DNA from: Psammoneis japonica
Lineage: Eukaryota
Length of the DNA: 60,655 nucleotides
NCBI GenBank assembly: GCA_008632985.1
Contig: QPGO01000308.1
Location: 1-60,655, forward strand
Direction of reading: 5' to 3'
In this document: positions 36,111 to 46,921 of the stretch, piece by piece
Layout: every line of letters starts with the position of its first letter
How positions within the stretch are numbered: the first letter of the stretch is position 1
Translations under genes and position numbers: made by a program
Notes under the pieces: model-generated
Seen by the model: the letters and a program-made list of their open reading frames with translations, nothing else
What the model was told of the DNA's origin: nothing
Database searches by the model: none

Positions 36111-36274
36111 TGCAGCAACTCACCCGCACGCTTCTGACGTGCAGTGTCAATTTTGGACATTGGATCAACGCAGCCGTTTGAGAGAGGCTCGCCAGCATTC
36201 GCTGGCGCTTGGGCTCCCCTCTCTTCGGTCTACTCACTTCTTTGTTTTGACATCAGTTTCAGCTTGAGCTTGCA
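36111..36274 (+). repeat. 3' LTR
   Basis: Preceded by the PPT and followed by TSD CACAT. Confidence 0.95.
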
Positions 36275-36387
36275 CACATGACTGCCGGCTCGGTGGACAC
36301 TGTTTCGAGTGCGTTTTCACGTAGAGCCCACTGCAGATGTAGGCATTCAGATTTAATTCGGTACAAATCTACGCAGCATTTTGCGTA

Positions 36388-36424
36388 GGGTGCACACGAA
36401 CCACCAGGTGGTTCGTGTGCACCC
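36388..36424. repeat. Perfect 18-bp-arm palindrome with a 1-nt spacer
   Basis: gggtgcacacgaaccacc-a-ggtggttcgtgtgcaccc, followed by an imperfect second copy at 36430-36459. Confidence 0.9.
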
Positions 36425-36701
36425 AAAAATGCACACGGACCAGCAGGTGGTTCGTGTGCGAAAAATCTATATGTGACGAAGACAACATATTTACCCCTCG
36501 GCGTAATTCACACGGCCAAATGTTTGCGTAGAGGCCCTCGCTCAGGGGTGGGTAGGCCCTACCGTAGCGGCGCAGGCGGGCGCGGCTTCGCTTCGCTGTC
36601 GATTGCGGCTCACCACATTTTTGCGGGAGTTTTCGCTTTTTTTTTTACCGGCATGATAGGCATCAGGGTCACACTCTTTTCTCAGTCTCGACGGATTCAA
36701 G

Positions 36702-39279
36702 ATGAATCTAACAGTTACAGGAAACGAAAGCACTGCTTCTATAAGCCACAATGAAGAAGAAAATCCGATAGCTGAAGACTCGGCAATTCATAGCTATGAA
36801 AGTTACCTGAAACAACAACGCCGGCTGAAAAGTCTGCGGCTGCACAACTCGCAAGCGCACTTGGCAGAAGAAGACATGGAGGAGGATCGATTGCATCAGG
36901 ATGAAATTAATAGATCAACCAGAAAGAGACTCGAAGTCATGAGTATTATCGGGAGACGACAGGCCTTTGTGATTGAGAGCGCCGAGTGGCAATCTGCTTT
37001 GAAGACAACTGCCGGTGACGACGACTTGCATCATGCAACCGATGACCACCCGAGCATTCCGTTTTATGCTCATCCAGTCCAACGCCAACGCTGGGGAGAC
37101 GAACAAGTGTTGCCTCATATTAATTGGGGCGACTTATTCTTTGATTTATTCTACGTGGCGGCTGCTTATAATTTGGGCAGTCTACTGATTTCTGCGCTCG
37201 ATTCCGTTCAGTGGCCGCGGGGTGTCTTGTACTTTGTTGGAATTTTTGGATCTCTTTACAACATGTGGGAAAATGCTGTCAACTATCAAGCACGATATAC
37301 TGTGGTCGATTACGCGCATCGTCTCTTTGAGGTGGTGCGCTTTCTCATTGTTGCGATTGCGGTGTTGCACATCAAGCCGATCGAGTTCCTCTCCAATCCA
37401 GAATCCATCGAGACGTTTTGTTTAGTGCTGTCGCTGTTATTGGAGAGCATTATGCATTTGGGTATTTGTTTAGAGTTGTATTTGCGCGCCGAGGGGGATC
37501 GCATTGCGATTCAAAATCATACGAGACGCAAAATTACCTACGGATCGCTTCCGGCGTCGTTGGTGTATCTGGCGGCTACAATCATTTCAGCCGTGCTTTA
37601 TTGGAATGGCAAGGATGACAGACCAAATCGTTTACTGGCAGACGAATATGGGACAGAGAAAGGTAGCGCTGCTGGGTATGCCGCTGATGATGGTGACATT
37701 AACTGGAACATTGCCGACCTTCCTTTGGCACTTTGCTTTGCTGCTTATGTCTTCAATGCATTTTACACAGGCTTTCGCAAGCTCCGGCTTTCCAATCAGA
37801 ATAACATTGAGGATATGCGTGATCATTTTGTTCCAAGCAACATAGATTATGTGAGTCGTAAAAGTGAAGGAACGAGTCGTTTTCATGATTTTGCTCTTTC
37901 TAACAACTTGTGTGATATATCTCCATTCCTATCCATATCGACAGATGATTCATCGGTAAGTCAGCGGTGCTCCTCTGTACATCTACTCGTCAATGATACA
38001 CTCTCACTAGCTATGCCCTGCCCTGTATGAACCCTAGGTATGGTGAATGGATCATGCTCATGTTTGGAGAGAGTATTCTCTCCCTGCTGATTGTTGAAAC
38101 GACCGAGTCCGCTCAATACTATGTTGCGGCAGGATTTGGTATTCTGACTGTGATTGTCTTGCAAGGTATCAAATTCGAGTCCGAACCGGTCCATGCCGAT
38201 GCACACGCGCTTTGGAGAAATATTCGAGGACAAATGGCCTTTGTCTATACCATTCAACTACTCTCCATGAGCCTAATTGCTTTTGGCGTAAGCTTCAAGG
38301 TTTTTCTAACTATGTTGAAACAAGAAGAAGACAAACCATACGATGACAAGTCCAATCGTCTGTTGGCTCCCACTCCGGCTGTGGAAGAAAATGCAGCAGC
38401 TGCACTTTATTGTGTTTCCTTGAGCGTTGTTCTAGTCGCGTTGGAATTGATGCTCTTGACTCATGGTGGTGCAAAGCACAATTGGAATCTCTTGTTTCGT
38501 TCAAAGGAGAATCGAAGCCTCAACTGGCCACTAGTCATGCTTACGGCTAAAAGTTGGGATTGATTCTGTTTGCCGCAACGCTGAGCCAGTGGCAAACTAA
38601 TCCGACAGCTCTGACTGCCATTGGATTTGTTGAGGTGGCTTCTCTTGCGTGGTCGAGAATACTTGGTTGGGGCTTGGTACACAAGAGAAAGGAAATCAAA
38701 CAAGCTGTCAGGACATCGATTGAAAAGATCAAGAAACCGTCGAGATCATGCGCGACGTCCCAACACAACGACAAGTGCTGTTCCCACCAATTTGGTCAGT
38801 CGCTGCCTTCTAGGAGAAAACGGTCGAAAGCCATGAAATCGTCGGAGTTGGAGGAATGCGCGGAATCGGCTTCTGAAATTGCATCTGAAGCTTCGTATTC
38901 CCAGACTTCGTTTCTAGCGTCCATCCTGGACACGTCCTTTGATGCCATTGTTGTGACGGACGACTACGGACTCATCAAGGAAGCAAACGAGACCGCGGTT
39001 ACCATGTTTGGATATGACAGCGTTTCGGACTTAGTGGGAGAGAGTGTGTCTATTTTAGTGGGAGCGCAGCACGCTAGAGTCCACGACCAGTACATAAAGA
39101 AGTTTCGTGATGAGGGACGCTCGTCGATTATACTTGGAAAACAGCGAGTATCCTTTGCAAGATGCAAGGACGGAAGTGAATTTCCTTGCACCATTGGTAT
39201 CAAGAAGATACCAAACAGTAACTTCATGGTTGCCTACATCAGAGACATGACACCGACGCACAGAAAGAAGGATAGCTAA
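36702..39279 (+). CDS. LtrA-like multi-pass membrane protein with a C-terminal PAS domain; exons 36702-37850, 37945-37955, 38038-39279; apparent frameshift near 38550
   Basis: WGDLFFDLFYVAA; spliced NIDY|MIHR|YGEWIMLMFGESILSL (LtrA-like motifs); PAS region ILDTSFDAIVVTD..N..A..MFGY..LVGESVSIL..HDQYI. Confidence 0.8.
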
Positions 39280-39579
39280 GAAATGTGAGGCCTGAAGTGC
39301 CTCGACTGGCGCTTTCAAGCTCTTCTCTTGGAAGATCCTTTAGACGTGTGCTTTAGAGAGAGGATGTGAAACAAACGACAACCAAAGCTGATGACTCTCT
39401 GCCACCAACCACTCTCTCCAACCACTTCGATTTCCTGCCCGTCACTGTTGAATGTGAAGTCCTTGGATCGTTGCGGACGTCTAGTTTCTTTCATCGTTCC
39501 TAAGCTGCTCCCTCCTGGTTTCAAAACAAAAAGACAAAAACTGAACTGCTGCACTTTCCCACTTTCGCTGCCCTCTAGA

Positions 39580-42500
39580 CAGTGACATTTCATTTTTGTC
39601 TGATGTGTCTCTTCTCAGTTTTCAAGAGCACCCTCTTTGATGCCAATGTTCGACCCAAGTCCCACATGTCTTTCAAGCATTTTTCCTCTTTGCTGTCTTC
39701 ACAACTTTCCACTTTCAGCCATTATCATGTATGCGAAGGACCATGACATGCTGCGCACCTTCTCCTCCAAAGGATGCTGTTAGTGGCGTAACCCGTTGGG
39801 TCGCTGTGCTGAGTGTGAGGGAGTCCAATGAGCAAGGCCCTGCCATCATGTCCTGCCCACCATCATGAACCGCACCCAAGCCGGCAACAATTTCTTGGAG
39901 GCTTCCATCCTTGACCATGCAGTCCAAATTTGAGCAGGGGCAACCTTTCTCAAAGAGTCAGACAATCATCTGATGGAGCAGGGCCAGCACTGGCAACCAG
40001 CCCACAGAGACATCTGTGACCAGAGTGACTCAGACAGCGGCATCTTGACCCACCTCTGGCTGCACAAATGCAAAGACATCATTGTGACCTTGCAGGGCTG
40101 ATGTGGATGTGGGGCAGCTTCAGCTGTTGGGGGCACAGTCACCTTTGGCACAGCCACAGCACAACCCAAGCAAGCCAGTTGTTGCATGCCGGGGTGGCCA
40201 AGATGGTGGCACCACAAATTGCTCACAGCAAGACATTGTGGGGAGTGCAGGATGGGATCAACTTCATTGTGGAGATTGAACCGGGAGACAATGGAGAGGG
40301 GTCAGTGGCAGCGCAGACAAGAAGTCAACCTGTGTGCTTGCAGATGAGAGGCACACTGGGCTGGAGGCATGGGACAAACTGCAACCCATTTACCCAAACC
40401 ATCAGAAAGGACTGCAGAATGAATTGCACAAAAGATCAATCATTGCCAGCCACCATGATGATGCCATGGCCAAGATCCATGTGGGGAGCTGCGTGTTGTG
40501 CTGGATGCAATGCTCAACAACAAGTGACAGAGGTGGCCAGGAGATGCAAGTGTCTCACCCAGTCTGGGACAACAGAACATTGGGACAGAGCAGGCTTGAT
40601 TGTCCCACATCATGAATGACAGCACACATGCCCACACCATGGGCAGAGAGAGGTTGCTGGCTGGAGGCTGGTGCTGCAGTCATTGGCTGGGGATGGTGGC
40701 AGTTCTTGGTCAGGAGGTGGCAGTGGTCTTAAGATTGCTGATGCTGGTGCACAATGGAAAGTGGGCAGCAGTGATGGCACCATGGTTCAGTGCACGAACC
40801 ACAGCAAGTGCAAGAAGAGGGGGTGTCATTGGCTCTGACACCTCAAGCTGTTCCTGAAAGCAGCTCAGGATCCCCACTGGGTTCTTCTGCAAAGTTTTCC
40901 AAAGCTGTTGCCCATGATTCATTAGATGTGGAGAGCAACTCATCATCCGGGAATGAGTGACATTGGTTGGGTGCCTGGCGCCAGTGTGTGCAAGGCCAAA
41001 CAAGTCTCAATGGTTGTGGGGGTGTTGTGGAACATCTTTCATGCCATCACAATGGGCCCAGCCTGGGTCAAACCCAAGCTGGCTCAGCTTGGTTGCTGCA
41101 AAAATGAGGTCAACCTGGTGTGGTGACCACCATCCATGTCAATTTGCCAGTGGCCTTGCAGTGCAAAAAACCATGCTTGCAGAAGAGCTGCCATGTTTCA
41201 CCATTGGTGGCGCAGGCGTGAATTCCTTCTTGTCAAGTTGTTTGGAGAAGAATGAGTTGCTGGGCATTGAAAGAGACACAGTGTGGGTGGGATGATCTGC
41301 ATCATTGGACCAGAGAAAGAGGCAGTTGGCCAGGATCTGTTTCACATGGGAGAGTGCTGCACTGGAGACTGCTGCAATTGCACATTTGCTTGACATCACA
41401 GGCAGCCCAGAAACAGCTTGAGGAGACCTTGGCATTTGACCTCACTGCCCCTCAGGTTCCTGTCCACAACATCACAAATGCAGCGGCATGTCTCATCAGA
41501 GTGAGTCTGCCACAACAGCAAAATCATCCTCTGACACAGAAAAAGGACTTCCTTGCCACTGACATGGCTGGTGCAGACACATGGTTCATGAGTGGTTGGG
41601 GTGAGGTGGATCTTGCAATGAATGATGCCATTTGCGTGAACACTTCACAGCTGTGGGGACCAGATCTTTGGGAGCACCAGGGAGGCAGAAGACAGCTGCC
41701 ACAACAGAGTCACATCACATGATCACATGTTCACCCAGGGAAGGCCACATGTGGTGGGCTGGGGTGGGGAGGCTTGTGCAAGCAATGGCTTGTCAAGGGC
41801 CAAGGGTGGATGTGAGGCCAGTTGAAGATCTGTGGCAACCATCGGGGGAGGGGCAACCTGCTGAGTTGTTTCAAGTCAAAGAGCAGCTGGGGTTCTGGCA
41901 GCTGGGTGGGTTGTGCAAAATGTGCTTCAACAAACGCTGCACATGTGGCCATCTTCAAGTGACCAGAGGTGGTGTCCACATGTCAAGTGTTGTGATCAGT
42001 TGCAGCAGAGGAGCATCCCACAAAGATGATGCTGAACATGCGGTGCTCCAGTTTGGCAGGGGGCTGCCAGTGTGGTGTGCACAAATGTGTGATCTGAGTG
42101 CACAGCACAGCCAGGTGAGCAAGAATCTCTGGGACCTTGACATTCTGTGAGATTCAAACAGGGTCTTTTTTCTTGTTGAATGCAACAGGTTGTTCTTTAA
42201 ATGGTGTGTGGCATGGAGGACTGCATCAGACCAGAAGGTTCTTGCTGGTGGACCCAATGAGTGGAGCAGTGCATGCACCACAATGCCAAAGGTGTCATGT
42301 GGATTTTGGCATGGCCATTTTGCACCAGATCCAGTCAGCTCAACAGTGCACCCATGTTGGAGACATGTCATGTGCAAAAGTCTCAAGACTTGATGAGTTC
42401 TCCACCTTGACTGGCATGAATGGCAAGATGTGGCCATCTGGGCACACATGGGTTCCAGCGGGGCTTTGTGCCAGGTGCAGGGAACACCCAAGGGCACCAG

Positions 42501-44690
42501 GTGCACACATCCACAACATTGTCCTTGATGCATTGCTTGTTCATCCATGGCTGTTGCATGTTGGGGCCAGAGGAGGAGGCATGCATGAAACCACAAGCAG
42601 TGCTGCCCCCCATTTCCCCCCCCCCCCCCACACACAAATTGCAAAAAGAAGTGGGCCTGCTGCTGCCACCACAGGTGGTTTGTGATCATTGAGTGAGGAA
42701 GTCCTTTGGTCTTTGGTGCATCTGCTGCTGGGAGCAGAGTTTTCCATGCTGCAGGGGTCACAAAAGTGCACTCAAGTTCATTTGAAGTGCACTCATCACA
42801 AGAGGAGGAACAAGAAACAAGATGCCCAGGATCCAAAATGGTGCACCACCACATTTTTCACAGATCACTTGTCTGTCAATTTTTTCAATTGGGGGACATC
42901 TCTCCCTGAACTCTTCTGTGGTGATGTTGTGTGTTGTGAGGTGTGTTGGTGCACATGATGACAGAGAGTGCCATGGACAAGATGGTGAGTGGAAAAACAC
43001 ACCCAGAAAAGTGCAAAAATGCACTTCCCTGCAAAGACTGCACACCGATGTGGCACAATTGTGAGAAAGCAAAGGGCTCCACACTCAAGAGACTTGAAAC
43101 TGATTTGCATGCAATGTCATCTTTCCAGAAAAGAAGATTTTCAGTGAAAGAACAGCACAGATTGAAGCTGCATCCAGGGGTTCCACAGATGCTCAGTTGA
43201 TGGAGGAACCGAGTGTTGGCATGCCAGCAACACAAGAGCCCAAGCATTGAGAGGACTGGAGCTTGCCCCACTGGCTCTTCATGTCAATGTGCTTCCCTGA
43301 TGTGGCTGGATCATGCCAGCTGGAAAAGATCAGAGTGTTGTGTCAAGCCACTGGAGTGCAGGGCATTGAAGGCCAGATTGCAAAGGCAGAGCAGCACCTT
43401 GCTGGCCTCTCACAAAAGAAAGCATCAACAGCCTGCACCAAGCCTGTGAGCCACACATCACATCTTGCAGTGAGCAGTGTTTTGGCATTTGGTGCACCCC
43501 TTCAGAAAACAACTGACGCTGAACTTGAAGACATGATTGACATGGATGAGGCAAAAATTCTTTCCTGAGTTTTCCACTCTTTCTGAGTTTTCCAACCAAT
43601 CACATGCAAAGATGTCGCCAGAGCACCAATGCCGCACAACTGGACTTTGTGGTCATGGAAGAGGAAGAAGAATTTTTGTGAGAGCAACATCTCCATGTGG
43701 TTGTCATTGGCACAAATTTGAGGAACAACCTGGAGCTGATGTGGTGCTTTTCATGAGTCTGCCTGTTGACGAGATTCTTGCAGACATTGGCCTGCAGGCC
43801 ATGGACAGCTTGGTTCAACACCATCCCATCTGGTTGTCTGGTCAATTCTCATGGTGGGTCACCAGGTGGGGTGTTCCTCACCCCCTGCCACCCGGTGGAT
43901 GACCCATCAAACTCATGCTCAACATGTTCAAAGGGGCCCTCAAGGGATGCTCTCACATTGGGAGATCTTCCATGATGCAGATCTTGTGCTGAAGTTGTGC
44001 TCTGTCATTGGAATTCTTGGCCCTCCTCACTGCCCTGGTTTTTGTGAGGTGGGCTTTAGATGAAAAACAACAAAACACAGAGAACAATCTGCGAGTGGCT
44101 GAGCCGCAGCTGCCCACGGAAAATGAAGCTTTCTAAAATCTCAGCACCCCTGGCCTGATTTGTGCACAAAAGCAACCCAGTGCGCGGGTTGGTGGCAGAC
44201 AATGCCCCTCACTTGTTCACTTGTGCACAAATTGCATGTGCATCAGAGCACCTGCTGGACATGCCCGGCACACAAGCCAACTTCAGCAGCTGCCTTGCAG
44301 GGCAAAATGTTGAAGCAACATTTGCTGTGCACAGATCTGCTGAAGTGCCACTGCCACTTGAAAGTCTCGGCACTCTTTTTGTCATTTCTTCAAGAAGCTG
44401 GGCAAGACGTTGATCACTTTGCCCTCTTTCAACCCGAAGCAAGTGCAAAGATGCGCCGCAATTGCTGCTTGATTGTTGATTGTCAAGCGCTGATTTAAGG
44501 AAGCTTTTTTTTCATGACGATGGGGGGGAATCTCCTCCCATCAAGTGCCTTCTCTTGACTTCTTGAGGCTCAGCGTCGCCCAACCCGGTCGATTGTGCCG
44601 GTGTGTTCATCATCGTCATGGCTGTGGTCCGGCAATGGCATCTTTCGCCCATGCATGGCGTGATCTGAAGAATGGAGCGGCAGACACAAC
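39580..44690. repeat. Large tract depleted in both TpA and CpG, containing Copia remnants
   Basis: For example, no TA between 40021 and 40390; CG also rare; boundaries approximate. Confidence 0.8.
41870..42530 (-). mobile_element. Ty1/Copia integrase and downstream region, heavily degraded
   Basis: VVDVCTWCPWVF (~IVD.YTRY.WVF), QGGEL, HGCTVELTG, LLHSLG..FWSDAVLHA..LKN, ATCAAFVEAHF..P.PQLLFDL; a pre-integrase-like LWCHHLGHPG also occurs near 40200. Confidence 0.75.
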
Positions 44691-45062
44691 ATATAAGACG
44701 AAAAAATGTGGCAGACACGATTAAAATATCATATATGCGCATCCAACATCGTATAAAAATGACAAAAAGGGATGCGCTTCTTCAACATCTTATTGATTGA
44801 CATTTATTCAATAGTAAGAGTGTTCATAAATTCTCAACGGACAAATAGAAAAAAGATCCTCATGCTTGAAAAACAAATGTAAGCATGCTACAGTAATCAC
44901 ATTGTGTGATAGGGCCCTCTACGCTCTATCTACGTATGTACATGTCATCTCAAAATGCTCGTCGCGTCGCCCTGATGCTCGTTTTCGCTTCGGAGTTCGT
45001 TCGGATCTCGCATTCTTTTTACACTCTGTAGAGAAAAAAGAAACATACTCTCGACTCCAACC

Positions 45063-46403
45063 ATGGCGTCTCCATGGAGGATTAGCCGCATCATGCATCT
45101 GCCGAAATGGTTGATCGTGTCTATGGCACTGTTGCTGGTCATTATGGATGCAAGATCCGCTTCTATTGCCATGACTTTCCACGTCGCCTCATTGATGAAA
45201 CAGTCACGTACATGGAGAATAGAGTATACATTGATCCTTCCCACGGCGACAAGGCGTGCTCCAACCCAGACGATGACGAAGAAGCTGCAGAAGACATTGA
45301 CTATGGCGTACCACAAAAGGAGCATGACGAGGCGACGCAGAAAGTCATTGCAGAAACTGTCAAGTACATGGAGAATACAGTATATGTTGATGCTGCCTAC
45401 GAATCGGTACGCAGCAGGTGCAAGAATGAACATGTAGACTGTGCTTATTGGGCGAGTGTTGGTGAGTGCGAAAAGAGTTCACAGTATATGAATCAGCATT
45501 GTACTGCTGCCTGTCAAACGTGTGATATGCTCCACGTTGCCAAGAGGTGTAAATGGGATCCTACCAAACCTCAAGCATGGAAACACGGCGATTTGAATCG
45601 CATGTTTGAACGCATCACGGCCGACCCTGATTTAATCGAAAAGTACAGTCCAACCATTTTGTCACGGCCGTCTGAAAACAAGGATGAGGACGGACCTTGG
45701 ATCATTACTCTTGATAATTTCATTTCGGAAACAGAGTGCGACTATCTTATTCAAGCTGGTAAGGATGTTGGATACGAACGATCCACGGGTGGATCCGACA
45801 AGAAGGGTGAAAACGGAGAATACCTGAGTACCGTGTCCGAGTACCGCACGTCGTACCAGACATGGTGCATGGGCGAGTGCTATGAGAGTGAAGCGGCCCG
45901 AAATGTTTCGGCTCGCATTGAACACGTGACGGGGATTGCCGAAGTACATTCCGAGTTCTTCGAATTGCTTCGATACCAGCCTGGTCAGTATTACAAAGTT
46001 CACGGCGATTTTATCGATGTTCAGTTGGAGCGGCCCATGGGACCGAGGCTCTTGACTGTTTTCCTCTACTTGAACGAACCAGAAGAGGGAGGAGGGACGA
46101 GCTTTCCTAAGCTAGGTCCGTTAACGGTGCAACCAAAACGTGGTCGCGCCCTGATTTGGCCATCGGTGTTGAATGAAGATTTTTCTACACCTGATACACG
46201 AACGGACCACGAGGTATGTTTTATGTATGTAGGGCGTTTGTCCTTGATTCACAGAAATGCGTGCTCACAACACCTTGTTCTTCTGGTGAAACAAAAAAAT
46301 TCAGGCCTTGCCCGTTGTTGCTGGTGAGAAATATAGTGTCAATGCGTGGTTACACCTGGGAGACTTCAAGGATGCCTATGCACGAAGCTGCAGCTTCAAT
46401 TAG
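45063..46403 (+). CDS. P4H: Prolyl 4-hydroxylase with ShK domain; intron 46214-46304; apparent frameshift near 45175 after the signal peptide
   Basis: CKNEHVDCAYWASVGEC..YMNQHC..ACQTC (ShK); RTS..WC, LLRY..GQYY..HGD, RLLTVFLYLN..EGGGT.FP, HE|ALPV..GEKY..NAWLH. Confidence 0.9.
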
Positions 46404-46921
46404 AAGGTCTCGCATGTACATTGCATGCTGTTTGGGCACTAGTCTTCTAATTATTCGTGGAGAACATTGCGTGCGTTTCAATCAGATTATCTTTATTAGT
46501 GTAAAAAGTAACCGCTGATGCTGCCTTACCTAGTCTTACTCGAGAATCTTTGCTTGGAATGAGACCTTTGATTTCAACGGAATCAGAGCACATGCAAAAT
46601 AGATCGAGAACGCCAAGCCAATCACCCGAACACGTGTACGTATTGTTTTCATGCCTGTGTGCTGAACGAATGAAAAAGCAGTTTGGCGTCAAGGATTTCG
46701 AGTCATGCAATTGATTGGGTCGGCTTTGTCGTATGGTAAGCCCAAGACATTGAGCGTCCGGGTTCCATTTTCAGTTTGCTGTTTTCTCTAGCTATTTGAT
46801 TCACCCAGTGCTTTGCAGCGATCCAGTAAATGAACATAACAACTCGGGAGTTGAATAGCCTTAGCAGTTCAAGCTGCATCTGTGGCTCAATCTTCAGGCG
46901 TACAACATCTTCTGACACTCT

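Larger units (their letters stand above)
30831..36274 (+). mobile_element. Full-length Ty3/Gypsy LTR retrotransposon, 5444 bp, hypermutated
   Basis: Two 164-bp TG...CA LTRs; TSD CACAT at 30826-30830 and 36275-36279; PPT agaagggaagag at 36099-36110; domain order gag-PR-RT-RNaseH-IN. Confidence 0.97.
30491..36552. mobile_element. Small TIR element (~620 bp without its insert) interrupted by the Gypsy element
   Basis: 13-bp perfect inverted repeat cccacccctgagc (30491-30503) / gctcaggggtggg (36540-36552); subterminal inverted match gcacacgaaccac.tgctggt.c.tgtgcattt at ~30698-30730 and ~36426-36459. Confidence 0.55.

Noticed and set aside
30831..36274. Classical RIP, APOBEC editing or ADAR editing of the retroelement RNA
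   Set aside because: RIP and APOBEC give C->T, and RIP raises TpA; RNA editing would be single-stranded and copied into both LTRs, whereas both strands and non-retro DNA are affected
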